Notes under the pieces: model-generated | The model's input: the letters and a program-made list of their open reading frames with translations, nothing else | Database searches by the model: none | Told to the model about the DNA's origin: nothing | Shown here: one piece after another, positions 47,355 to 61,800 of the stretch | Layout: every line of letters begins with the position of its first letter | How positions within the stretch are numbered: the first letter of the stretch is position 1 | NCBI GenBank assembly: GCA_002269645.1 | Contig: NIVC01002509.1 | Span: 62,001-126,000 of the forward strand | Reading direction: 5' to 3' | Length of the DNA stretch: 64,000 nucleotides | From: Macrostomum lignano | Taxonomy: Eukaryota | Program-made: the position numbers and the translations under genes

Positions 47355-48385
47355 TAGGGACCTTCCATGGTGTTTATCGGACCTATTATAGTGTTTATGG
47401 GACCTTCTATAGTGTTTATAGGACCTTCTATAGTGTTTATGGGACCTTTTATAGTGTCTATGGGACCTTGTATAGTGTTTATAGGACCTTCTATAGTGTT
47501 TATAGGACCTTCTATAGTGTTTATGGGACCTTTTATAGTGTCTATGGGGGCTACCGGACATTTGCCCTCCGGCATTTGCCCTCCGGACATTTGCCCTCCG
47601 GCATTTCCCCTCCGGAAATTTGCCCTCGAGGACATTTGCCCTCGGGGACATTTGCCCTCCGGACATTTGCCCTCCGGACATTTGCCCTCGGGGACATTTG
47701 CCCTCGGGGACATTTGCCCTCCGGACATTTGCCCTCCGGACATTTCCCCTCTGGAAAAGTACAGGTAAGGCTGGGGATAGGGTAGGGCGCGGGTATATAT
47801 TGCTTACTAGAAAATGATGAGTTGTTGGCTGGAGAAGAACCTGATGGATGCAAGAGGCGGGAGGATGAGGTTGGTGCTGGAGGAACGACGGGTGGGTACA
47901 GGAGGAGGTGAGGTGAGTAATGTGCGAGGGGGTAAATTTGCAGAGGGCAAATGTGCGGAGGGGAAATGTCCGGAGGGCAAATGTCCGGAGGGCAAATGTC
48001 CGGAGGGCAAATGTCCCCGAGGGCAAATGTCCCCGAGGGGAAATGTCCGGAGGGCAAATGTCCGGAGGGGAAATGTCCCGGAGGGCAAATGTCCCCGAGG
48101 GGAAATGTCCGGAGGGCAAATGTCCGGAGGGGAAATGTCCCGGAGGGCAAATGTCCGGAGGGCAAACGCCGCCGAGGGGAAGTGCCGGAGGGCAAGTGCC
48201 GGAGGGGAAGTGCCGGAGGGCAAATGTCCGGAAGCGGTCTATGGGACCTTCTATAGTGTTTATAGGACCTTCTATAGTGTTTATAGAACCTTCTATAGTG
48301 TTTATAGGACCTTCTATAGTGTTTATGGGACCTTCTTTAGTGTCTCTGGGACCTTCTTTAGTGTCTCTGGGACCTTCTATCGTCT
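47355..48385. repeat. 21-bp minisatellite (TATGGGACCTTCTATAGTGTT) split in two (47355-47548, 48237-48385) by an insertion
   Basis: Same unit in the same orientation on both sides of the foldback element. Confidence 0.92.
47549..48236. mobile_element. 688-bp foldback (MULE/MuDR-like) non-autonomous element with modular inverted arms of 15/16-bp units (GGACATTTGCCCTCC)
   Basis: Termini GGCTACCGGACATTTGCCCTCC versus CGCTTCCGGACATTTGCCCTCC (reverse complement); 9-bp TSD GTCTATGGG at 47540-47548 and 48237-48245; unique core of ~180 bp (47756-47935). Confidence 0.82.
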
Positions 48386-48608
48386 CTGGAATTTATCTGC
48401 GTTCTTGGAATCCTCTACGAGCTAGCGCATATAGATTCTTCTAGCTTCTCCAAAACTCTTTGAAACCGTCAGTGGATGACATTAGTGACGCCTTTGGCGT
48501 ATTTTTAATTATAACTAAATCCACCGTAGTACTAAAAACCCCGACTACGCCTAATTTACGAGCTAGGTCATGCCATTCTCAAGCAGCAAAAATGTATAGA
48601 ATTCTCAC

Positions 48609-49924
48609 CCTGACCGTGACGCTGGCAGTAAGCCGCGGCTCTCCACTGTCCCAGCACACCAAACTGACCGAGTGCTCGGCCTGAGCTTCTCTATCGAGCT
48701 GTCGAGTCAGAACCAACCGGCCTGTATGCCGAACTGCCTGCACAGGTGAGGACGTCTCAACAACAGCAACCGACACGAACTGATCAGAATCGGCGTCACT
48801 GCAAGCCACTCTACCGACTGTACGCCCAGGCTTTGTCGCCTCGGACACCAGCAGAGGGATTGTTGGCAAAGACGTCGAGACGGTGAAAACTGGTGGAAAC
48901 CGGTTGGCCGCCTGAACTGTGACGCGCACAGTTGCGTAATCTTCACCGCCTCCGGCTGCTGCGGAAGTGGCCTTCACAGCGAACACGTGATCTCCTGGCG
49001 CGCTGATTGGCTGGCTAGGGTAGAGATCAAAGCCGATCAGACGGAACGGCAGCGCCGGTCGATCCGGATCTGACAGAATTGACACTATCGCGTCGGGAGC
49101 CGTTGATGCCGGCGAGAGATCCAGCTTCCCGACCAGCTGCGACGTCGGCGCCCCCTTGGCCAGGGTGAAGACGTACAATCGCCGGCCGAAACGAACTCCA
49201 CCAGTAGCAGAATCAACGCGTACAGTCAGATGTTTAGAAACTGTGTGCTCAGAGTCGCTGCTAGACACCGTGAAGTTGTAGACACTCAGCTGAGGCTTGG
49301 CAGTGAGCCAGAACTCTCCAGAGAAGAGGCCCATAGCAAAAGTATCACTCGGCGGGCTCAGAGTGTAGATCAATGGCGGATATCCGTCAAGGTCAGTGGC
49401 TCGAACCTGCAGCAGTTTCTGACCGGGCCTTGCCGTCTCCGCGTTCACCACGACGGGATCAACGATGTCCTGCAGCAGCGGTTTCTGGTTGTTTCGATTG
49501 ATGATGCGAACTAGAACGGAGCACTTTGCGGTGGTCAGCGGGTCATCAACCGAAGCTGCCACCAGTGTCAACGAATGGCTCGACTGCAGCGTGAAATCTG
49601 GTGGAGTTTTCACCGACACCAGGCCGGTGTCTTCGTCAACTTCGAATGTGTCGCTGGGCAGCAGGCGATACTTCACGGCGCTGTCGAGGTCAACTGCGGT
49701 CACCTGGACGACGGGGGTGCCAGCTGGAGATTTCTCAGATAGGACGGCAGAATAGACTGGCTGCACGCAGTAGGGCTGGCTGTCGTCTGCGTTCAGTATC
49801 TGGATGTCAACGCGGGTCAGGGCTGCCTGATCCCCTGTGGAGGCCTGAACTACCAGCTGATATTGACGGCGCTTCTCATAGTCCAGCGCATTTGTGGCCA
49901 CAAACGAAGAGGTCTCAATGCGAC
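48609..49924 (-). CDS. ds: Dachsous-type cadherin, penultimate exon (~4 cadherin repeats)
   Basis: Acceptor TTTTGATCAG|GT and donor AGG|GTGAGA, in phase with both neighbouring exons; LDYE, DADSD and LDRE cadherin motifs. Confidence 0.9.
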
Positions 49925-50019
49925 CTGATCAAAAGGAGGAGGCAGATAAATCTGAGTTAATTTTGATTTTTTCACACGTAAGTAAATTTTAGTCGAAAAA
50001 ACTAATATTGAGAGAGGCG

Positions 50020-50480
50020 CCGAGGGCCAAGGGCGCCAGGGACTGTCTGTCTATCCGTCTAAAGAGCGCCAGAGGCGCCAAGGGCACCAGAGGCGCCAAG
50101 GGCACCAGAGGCGCCAAGGGCACCAGAGGCGCCAAGGGCACCAGAGGCGCCAAGGGCACCAGAGGCGCCAAGGGCACCAGAGGCGCCAAGGGCACCAGAG
50201 GCGCCAAGGGCACCAGAGGCGCCAAGGGCACCAGAGGCGCCAAGGGCACCAGAGGCGCCAAGGGCACCAGAGGCGCCAAGGGCACCAGAGGCGCCAAGGG
50301 CACCAGAGGCGCCAAGGGCACCAGAGGCGCCAAGGGCACCAGAGGCGCCAAGGGCACCAGAGGCGCCAAGGGCACCAGAGGCGCCAAGGGCACCAGAGGC
50401 GCCAAGGGCACCAGAGGCGCCAAGGGCACCAGAGGCGCCAAGGGCACCAGAGGCGCCAAGGGCACCAGAGGCGCCAAGGG
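50020..50480. repeat. 18-bp GC-rich minisatellite (GGCGCCAAGGGCACCAGA) ~25 identical copies
   Basis: Read directly. Confidence 0.97.
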
Positions 50481-51062
50481 TATAAGAAGCCAATTTAAGT
50501 TCAAAGCCAAGATCGGCTTTAAACAAGTTTCCTGCTCTAAAAGTGCAACCAAACCATTTGCTTAATGCCACAATGCCCAAAGCCTTAGATTATAATCCCA
50601 CGCGCGTGATCGCTGGCTACGCTCCGCAAAAATCCCCAAATTCCACAGCGGACCTGAAGACTACTGGATCACGGGGGATCTCTGACCCGCCAATCGCGTC
50701 AGCATGTCGCATGCTGAGGCCCGTCACGAGATCCCATTGACAGCGCCATTACCCAGCACTGCCTTGCGCTGCTGTTGTCAATCTTGAATCCCCCAAAGGC
50801 TGCATGCATGTCTGTACAACAGGGTCAGTTTCAGATTTTCCCCGATCCCCATAGGTCAATTTTCCTGTTTTCAACCACACAAAATTTGTTCCGCATGTGA
50901 ACCATGGGCGAAATGCTAAGCGTAAATGGGATATTTTGTGTTAGTTTTACCTAAAAAAGACGAGCTAGCAATGTAAACTATGGAAGTAACCAGTTATTCA
51001 TCCGATAAGATAATTTATACTCTCCGAATTGGCAACTTGAATCTTCCATCCTTAATAGACAA

Positions 51063-52037
51063 AGGGGTAGACACAGATAGAGGTGTTAAGGACAGAGGGG
51101 TAGACACAGATAGAGGTGTTAAGGACAGAGAGGTAGACACAGATAGAGGTGTTAAGGACAGAGAGGTAGACACAGATAGAAGTGTTAAAGACAGAGAGGT
51201 AGACACAGATAGAGGTGTTAAAGACAGAGAGGTAGACACAGATAGAAGTGTTAAGGACAGAGAGGTAGACACAGATAGAGGTGTTAAGGACAGAGGGGTA
51301 GACACAGACTGAGGTGATAAAGACAGAGAGGTAGACACAGATTGAGTTGTTACAGATAGGTAGACACACATCGAGTTGTTACAGACAGGTAGGCACACAT
51401 CGAGTTGTTACAGACAGGTAGACACACATCGAGCTGTTACAGACAGGTAGACACACATCGAGTTGTTACAGACAGGTAGACACACATCGAGTTGTTACGA
51501 ACAGGTAGACACATATCGAGGTGTTACAGAAAGGTAGACACATATCGAGGTGTTACAGACAGGTAGACACATATCGAGGTGTTACAAACAGGTAGACACA
51601 TATCGAGGTGTTACAGAAAGGTAGACACATATCGAGGTGTTACAAACAGGTAGACACATATCGAGGTGTTACAGACAGGTAGACACATATCGAGGTGTTA
51701 CAAACAGGTAGACACATATCGAGGTGTTACAAACAGGTAGACACATATCGAGGTGTTACAAACAGGTAGACACATATCGAGGTGTTACAGACAGGTAGAC
51801 ACATATCGAGGTGTTACAAACAGGTAGACACATATCGAGTTGTTACAGACAGGTAGACACACATCGAGGTGTTACAGACAGGTAGACACATATCGAGTTG
51901 TTACAGACAGGTAGACACATATCGAGGTGTTACAAACAGGTAGACACATATCGAGGTGTTACAGACATGTAGACACATATCGAGGTGTTACAGACAGGTA
52001 GACACATATCGAGGTGTTACAGACAGGTAGACACAGA
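51063..52037. repeat. Compound 33-bp then 29-bp minisatellite (GTAGACACAGATAGAGGTGTTAAGGACAGAGAG -> GTAGACACATATCGAGGTGTTACAGACAG)
   Basis: The unit switches at ~51330; both share the GTAGACACA...GAGGTGTTA core. Confidence 0.95.
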
Positions 52038-52904
52038 TTGATGTGACGAGAGTTCAAGATGTTGGTAAGAGAGAGAGAGACGGAGATGCAGACACGGCAC
52101 ATCACACGCAGTTCTACTATTTCAGAGCAGAGCTCCAATTAACGCTAATTGAATTTTTTATGTTTTACGTAAATTTCATTATTGGCCTTTTACTGCTACT
52201 CTTTAATCTGTTAAATTTTGTTAAAGGAGGCAGGCGAAAGGCAAATTACTGACTGTAACAAGATCTCCGACTCGGGCAAAATTCGCCAGTGAATCCGGTA
52301 CACGGGGATCAGTCAGCTGCGATCGCTGCGACCTCCTACCCCTCCCTTCGCTTAGGGGGAGAGGGAATAAAAAGCTGAGGAAGACTGGACGAAAAAACTC
52401 CTGCCGCTTGGAAATGGCAAATCCCAACCTATAGAATGGATCTCTATTTTTTATAGCATCTCCACATCTCATCCATGCTGAGGCTGCTAGGAAGGCTCCC
52501 CCAACCTACTGTTCTTTTTTCCTCTCTAAATCCAATTGAGTGCGGTGGGGAGCCGCGATCTGCTCAGTGAGTAAGCGCGGCACCTGGCTGGCTGGCTGGC
52601 TAATTATGTTAGAACACGGCTCACTGCGCCGGGCCAATTCCGCAGCTGCTGTTGAGCTGGTATGGCTGGTGTAGGATAGTTTCAGTTAAAGTGTCTGCAT
52701 AAAAAACAGCCTTATTAATGCGAAACTGAGCGTTGCAGAATTGGAGCCACGCATTATTAATGCATAATGCATCGCGTTTCTTTACTGGTAGCTAGCGTAC
52801 TCAGCCGCTGCTAGGTGTCAGTAAGTCTGACTCAACTGCTGCTAATTAAATAGACACTCTTACATTAGGAATTGTGGTATTCAATGGTTTTAATAATAGA
52901 CAGC

Positions 52905-54532
<1,628 letters not shown>

Positions 54533-56700
54533 CGCTGTCAGTTCTGCCAAGATCCCCAATTCGCCCATTGCTCAGTCAAGCCAGTCGAGCCTCCGACTCC
54601 GAATTTCGCTCTCAGGGCTCCCTAGTCGAGAGCCAGTCGCAATTGAAAGAATCGCGAGTCTAAGGGGGAAGCGCAGCTGCAAGTCGGCCGGCTACAACAG
54701 ATGCCCCGGTTGAGTGACTCCTGTAATTGACTTGTTGCCAAACAGCGAAAGCAGAAGAAAGAAATCCAGTTCAGTTTGTGTGTCTGTGGTGCCTCGGGCA
54801 GGACAACAAATCCGATAATGGCATGTTTGTGCGCTTTAAGTTCGACGTTCGAGACTCGAAACTTAGTGGGAAAATATTCCTATAATCGAGTCCGGCGCAG
54901 CACCTGGCTCGGCGGTGGCACTCGTGGAGGACGAATATCGAGGATCGAGGGAAAGTTGAAACTTTCGTTGTGCAAGCCTCGGTGTGCAAGCAACAGGAAG
55001 CTCCGCTGTCGGTTTCCAATTGGAAGAAGAAGAGGGCAAAAAGAAGTGAAAAAACGTGACGCGACCAGCTGACACGAAAACTGGAGGCCCGCATAAACGA
55101 ACAGAAAAACTGCACCGCCATTAGATAGATTGCTGCGGGCCTGGGGCGAGGGCGCTCGGGACCCATGGAAGCTTTAAAGCTCTGCATTCGGCATAATTGA
55201 TGGCCCAACGTGTAGCTTAATTACGAGCTAACCCTCGTAAAATAGCCATGCAGCTTTACAACGTCTTGCTCATTCTATATAGTCTCTAATGAGAAGTTTG
55301 AAGATTAGCAGATCAAAATCAGGTCGGAGTTACGCTAGGAATGCAAGCTAATTCGATTCCCCTAAATCAGCCCGGCTGTCTGTCGTCTGTGCTAACGGGC
55401 TTGGGGAATATTTTCTCACCTTCTCAGGTTTCTTTTTCTGCTTCCTGATTCTGCAGCGGGCTTCCCGCCTGCATTCCTCTCTCTTTTTGTCTACCTCTCA
55501 GCGAATTCCAGGCCGACACGGTTTTTGTTCGAATATTTTCTCGCTCTCTCCCAAAAATTATACAGTGTAGGAGCCAGGGACTGGAGGGTGGGGAAGGATT
55601 TCTTGAATAAATTCTCATCTTTCCTAAGATAGACGGGGTAGGCTGTGCGGGATGAGTCACCGACCATCTTCGCCCATCCCTCGAAGCGTCCCAACCCGCT
55701 CTGTGTGATTCGAAGTCTCCGACTTGCAGGTGTGAAACTGAAAAAAGACAGAAAATTGCGCAGGGAGAGACTGTTGCTACGGGGACAACACCTGTCCCCA
55801 ACAACTGATTTATTTCTCATCCGCGTCTCTTCGGGATTCTAAGAATCGAAGAGGACAGAGGGAAGATCCAGGATGTAGCTGGGGGATTAAAATCCCTCTT
55901 TCTCTTCTCTTCCTCTCGCCCTGCAGACGAATCCCACGCACGGCGTATCTGCAGGGACTGCGGGCCTCGGAGATCAAGGTCGGACTAGTCAGAGAGAGCT
56001 GAGCTCTCAGCTCGAGTCTGAGAATAAGCTTAGCATAGAGAAATAGGCCCACAGAAATGCATCAGGCTCTGCATAGATGAACTTCGTTAGCTGAACATTT
56101 TCCACTGCCTGCATGCATAATAACTGTGCGGTCTACATCAAGCAGAGTGGAATACCAATGGAATCCGCCCAGCTCCATCCTTGCAGGGCTCGAGGACTTC
56201 GCTTGCTTTTTTGACTCATTTCTGGGGGTCTGGTGGCTGAAGGAACAGGAAATTCGCTTACTACAATAATGGGAAAAATTCGTTTGCGACTTAGTGGACG
56301 CGCTTCTGCATTCGCATGCGGAGCTTGGGGGCATGAATTAATGGCATTTTCTACTCGTGGACATTCGCATGAACTCAAAGAGCCGGGCGGCTGTCTTTAT
56401 AACTAAATTATTAAACATTCGAAGTTATGCCAGTTTCTATTACGTAAGTCAGTAAGAAAGTCGTCGAGTTAAAAGTTGCCCAGTTTTCTGTGTTTGTGCA
56501 ACTTCCTGCCATCAACAAGGGCACCGTTAATCTCACCCAGCAAAACTCATTACATAAACAAACAATGTCATTTTAATAATTCACTGCGTTAGCAGAATTG
56601 TTCTTACACTCGAAAACAATGCGTTGAACTTGCCAATTTCTGATTAGGTCACAACGGCTTCGTAGCTGCTACTCACGAGCTGTTATGAGAAAGAGAAGGG

Positions 56701-56915
<215 letters not shown>

Positions 56916-58873
56916 GGTATGTACCAAAATCCAACTACACCAAGTGCAGCTTGACTGAGCATCAATTATTATTGAGAATGAAGCCCAGCCCCAGAAGCCA
57001 GTCAAGTGCATCTGGGATCTGCTCTCCAATAAATGATACTACTTAGAAGAAAATTCAAATCGAATTAGGAAACCTGGGTGGCCTCAAAGGTTGCATTTAT
57101 TGTCCTCCTCGTCAAGCTTCTCTTTCTCTCTCTCTCCTTCGAGAAGAAGTGCCTTCACTTGGCTCGATTCTCAAAAAGAGAATAGTAAAAAGTGGAGCTT
57201 TATTTGTGCGCGCTAGACCTTAATAGAAGCCTCTTGGGCGCGGCTCTCAGCTCTGCCAGCCAACCCCCCCCCCCTATGGCTTCGCTCTCAAGTGGGAAAC
57301 CCTCTCCAAAAAAGCAATGCAAAAAATGGCTGCTGCTGGAAGGTAGGTATAGGTAATGCATTAAAAGCAGCAAGGAACGGGGCGCTGCAAAATTTTCTGT
57401 GGCCAATTTTCTCTTTGAAATGGAGAGAAAGAGCTGGCTTAGCAGCCGACCGCAGCTCGCCAGTGCGTTGCAATGCCAGCCTGTCGTATTAATATCATAC
57501 AGGCATTGATGCAGTGACTGCAATGGGTACGACCAGGGGAGGTTAAAAATTGATAGAAAAGTTCCTCCCTAGCCATCCGAACTTCGATCTGATTGATGCC
57601 ACGAGCGCACTAACAGAGTCTAAAGACTTATTCCCGTGGAACAGCTACATGCTTCTGCAGTCAATAATTTTCAACTTCTTACCGTGAGACCGCAAGACTC
57701 TAGCTCCTCCTCTCTCGCTCTCTCCTAAAGAGTAATTTTGAACTCAACTTGTGGGAATTCTTCTCAACTACTCGTAGAAGCATGGAAATACACGCGCCAG
57801 AAAAATGAGTGGGTGCATTTGAGTAAGGAGTGAACCAGCTCGACTCTATCAAATCGGAGTCATTCATATATGGCTTCCAGAAGCTGCCAAGGCACAGCTA
57901 AAAGTGTCGCAGAACCCACGGCACTTAACGATATGCATGGAAATTCAAATTGCCTGGAAGCTTCTAAGAAACTTTCCCTCAGGATGAAAAGTTGTTAGCC
58001 AATGAGTTTCTGGGACTTCTCGACTTCTTTCCGTCTAGTCACTTCTCTCTCTCTTCATTCTTTGAGTTTCCAGTCGGAAGCGATTACTCCCAGAGGAAAA
58101 AACTGGACTAAGAAGATGCCAAGGCGGATAGGGTGACTGGGTGAGTTGGATAGAAAAGCGGCAATTTATACTTGCCAGGCTTCTACTGGCCCGTTGTTGG
58201 GAATTTCAGCCGCGGAGTGGGTCACACCGGGGCACCGCTACTGACTCCCAGCTCTATCTACTCGACACCCATTATTCAATTCTGTGCCATCGATCATTCT
58301 CCCATTCTTCAGCGCGACCAATTACGAAAATGACTAAGCTAGTGGGCCGATTATTTAAGCTTCAGTTCCGTTGCTCAGAAAAAAAATAGGGATTTAATTC
58401 CCTATTTTTCATTGCCTTCCGCTTGTCAGGCTTGATTGAAAACATAATGATCCCCCAGCTTTTTTTCATTGTTTTTTTCTCACATTCAATCTTCAAAGAG
58501 AGGATTTCATTCGTTTTGCGTTAGCGTTAGCCTCTCTTCCTCCGACCTTATCCCATAGGTTTTATCCCACGAATTATGCTGGTTCCTATACGCAACGGCA
58601 GGGGGGAGTATTCTGTTTCGTCAAGCGTAAGAAGTGGATTACTGACGATTTCAAGCACAAACTGCCTGTGCACACTCGCTTGATCGCGAAGTAAGGCCCG
58701 CCTGCATGCAAAGTGAAATGTTTTTCAGCCTTCTATCTGCAGCAGCCATTGCCAACCAGACAGAAAATAATTTCAAGAGCGGCTGCGCTCTTCATGGCTT
58801 GTCTAATTCAGCCAGAAATCCCGTGGAACCGTGCGTGCGAGCTAAACAAAGTTCAGATAAAGCCCCAGCTCAC

Positions 58874-61800
58874 CTGTGGTCGAATCGATAGCAAACAGTT
58901 GGTCCTCATTTCCGCCAACGATCTTGTACTGACTGGCTGGCGGCACGGTAGCAACGGAGAGGCACCTGGCGGAGGCCGCCGCGTCCAGAACGCACCGGCC
59001 AGGCGGCGAGTTCTCAGCTAAGCTGGCTGAATAATTTGCCGAGACGAAGACCAGGACTGGCGACGAGGGCGCGCCGAGCTGCAGCAGCAGCACCGTCTCC
59101 GAGTGCAGCGGTCGAGGGGTACCGGAGTCGCTGGCCCGGACAGCGAACGAGTAGACAGCTTCACCTGCTGACAGACTTCGAATCAGAGTGGCCTGTCCGG
59201 TAGCCGAGTTCACGGCGACGTAGTCGTTCTTCTCAATGCTGTAGCTGACAGCGCTGTTGCCTGGCGAGCTGTCATCGTCTGTTGCACGAAGGGTAGTCAG
59301 CAGGGAGCCGACGGCCAGACTTCTGGACACGCGCAGACTATAGTAGGTCTGCTGAAATATCGGACGTTGATCGTTGCCGTCGAGAATTTCAACGTCAACA
59401 CTAACTAGGGAGGACATCGGGTTCACTGGGCTGCCGTCGACGGCTTTCACGACGATCGACACAAAAGGCTGGCGCTCTTTATCGAGCGGCTTGGCCAGCT
59501 TGATCTCCCCGGTGTCCGGATTCAGACTAAAAGTGTCCGACTTGCCCAGGATTGCGTAGCCGACCCGGCCGTTTTCACCGGTGTCCCTGTCCAACGCGGT
59601 GACATTCACAATCGAAGTCCCAACAGGAGCAGACTCCGAAACAGAGGCGGTGTATCGGCTACTCTGGAAAGTCGGCGCGAATCGATTCACTGGCAGGATT
59701 CTAATTGTTGCCGTGGTTCTGCCAGTTCGACCTCCGCCATCTGTTGCAGTGATATTTAGGAGGTACTGCGAAGCCACCTGACTGTCGAGAGCGGCGCAAG
59801 ACAAGCGGCCGCTTCTGGGATCCAGGATGAATCGCCCGTTGCTTCCTTCCATTGAGTAGATGATATAACCCGCCGGACCCCGGTCCAAGTCGTAGGCTGC
59901 CAGCGTGAGAATGTCGGTGAAAGCCTGTCCTTCCGGTACTTCCGTATAGTAGGCAGTCAGAAACGTCGGAGAATGATCATTAGAGTCCAGCAGGGTGATT
60001 GAGACCTCACACAGGTCCAGTTGCAGAGGGTTCACTCGATCGGACACGATGGCAGTCAGTGAGTAGGCTGACTGACTCGATACGGTCTGCGGCAGGGTGC
60101 GCCCCAGACGAACCTGGCCACTGACCGAATCTACGACGAACAAATTGTTTAGAAGTCCGGACGGGATTCGAAAGTCTACTGGACCATTAAATGACTTAAT
60201 CTGAAGCTGAAGAACATCCTGGCCCTTCGAGGATCGGGAGCTGATGCTTACTGAGTAGGCTGATTTGCTGAACTTTGGAGTGCTTCGGCTGGATAAGGAT
60301 TTAATTGGAATGGTGTGAACCTTCCAGTTAGATCGGCCCAAGCTCCCCGGAACTCCGTCCATGACTGTGACATTTACTACTATCAGCTGAGTGTTTGGCG
60401 CCTGGAGGCGAATCAAGCCATAATTATCTATCTTAGCTTCGGTCTCTTGGCTCAGGCTATATGATATTGAGCCATTTGCGCCAGAATCTTGGTCGACTCC
60501 TTCAACGTGAGCTATGATGGCATCTGGCTCGTCTGAGACAATATAGAAAGCATCTCCGTCGAACGATAGGCTTGGCGTGTGCTCGTTAATATCTTTAATT
60601 ATGACAGTCAGAACTGCCGGTTCAGTTCGGAAGCACATTGGGACCTCTTGACAGTTGTCTACAGCTATTATTCCAACTTGAACTCGTTCACCAGTTGTTT
60701 CCCGATCGAGAGCCTGGCGGATAAACAGCTTTCCAGTGGTCTCATCAAGGTAAAAGATAGAGCTCGCTGAGGCCAGTTGGTATCGAATCGTACCGTTCAA
60801 CCCAAAGTCTGCGTCGGTTGCATCAAATGAGAACACAACCGATCCGCTCGGCGTGTCTTCAGCCACGATAATTGTGGGGAACCTGGCCAACTCAGGGAAC
60901 TCTGGCGAGTTGTCATTTTCGTCCAGCACGTAAATTCTCAGTGCCACCCTGGCTGTCTGCGGCCGGCCCAATCCCTTTTCTGCAGCGTCCGTCATCAACA
61001 CTTCGTAATCGTGATAGGGCGCGGTTTCTCTATCAAGAGGCCGGTTGATGTAAACATTGCCAGAATTGACAGAGAGCCAGATAGCACCGTCAGCGGCTTT
61101 CAGTATTGTATAGTATGTTTTTTGAGACGGGGATAGAATCTGACCCACTAGAGATCCGACACTCGCTGACTCACTCACAGCCATTGTGACAGTGGTGTTC
61201 GGCCACTCCGGAACTGAGCTGACAGTGATTGACAAGAGTGCATAGCTGCTTAGTCCCTCCCCGTCGTAGACAGTGAGCTGCCCACCCAAGGTGCCAACTG
61301 GCAGTTGCTTTGTGACTGAGATGACACCGGTAATGCGGTGCACGCTGACGAATTCTGCTGCAGCACCCTTTAGAAAATAGAACAAAGAGCCTCCAATTCC
61401 CAGATCAGGGTCCGCCGCGTCAACAACAATCAGTGTGGAAGCCACTGGTGTCAAATCGGACACGCTAATTTGATACTGTGGTAGTCGAAATCTTGGTGCA
61501 ACGTCGTTCACATCCTGGATAACTACTGCAGCTTGAACCGTTGTACTTCTACTTGGACTCCCAGAGTCGTGGGCGACAATTTGAACTGAGTAGGAGCTGA
61601 ATTTTTCGCGATCCAATTCGACTGCAGTTTTCAGAACTCCGTCTGTTGAGCCAATCGTAAACACATCGGTAGAAGAAAGAAGCGAATACTCAACAAGCCC
61701 GTTAGCGCCTAGATCTCTGTCGGTTGCTTGCGTGGCGCCCAGTCTGCTTCCCACTGCGGCACCCTCCTTCACTTTGAACCAGTAGCCGGCTGGCTGTGAG

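Noticed and set aside
47304-48444. Multiple overlapping ORFs (EGKCP/GQMSG/DICPP repeats)
   Set aside because: They derive from the foldback arms and the 21-bp array; there is no transposase similarity.
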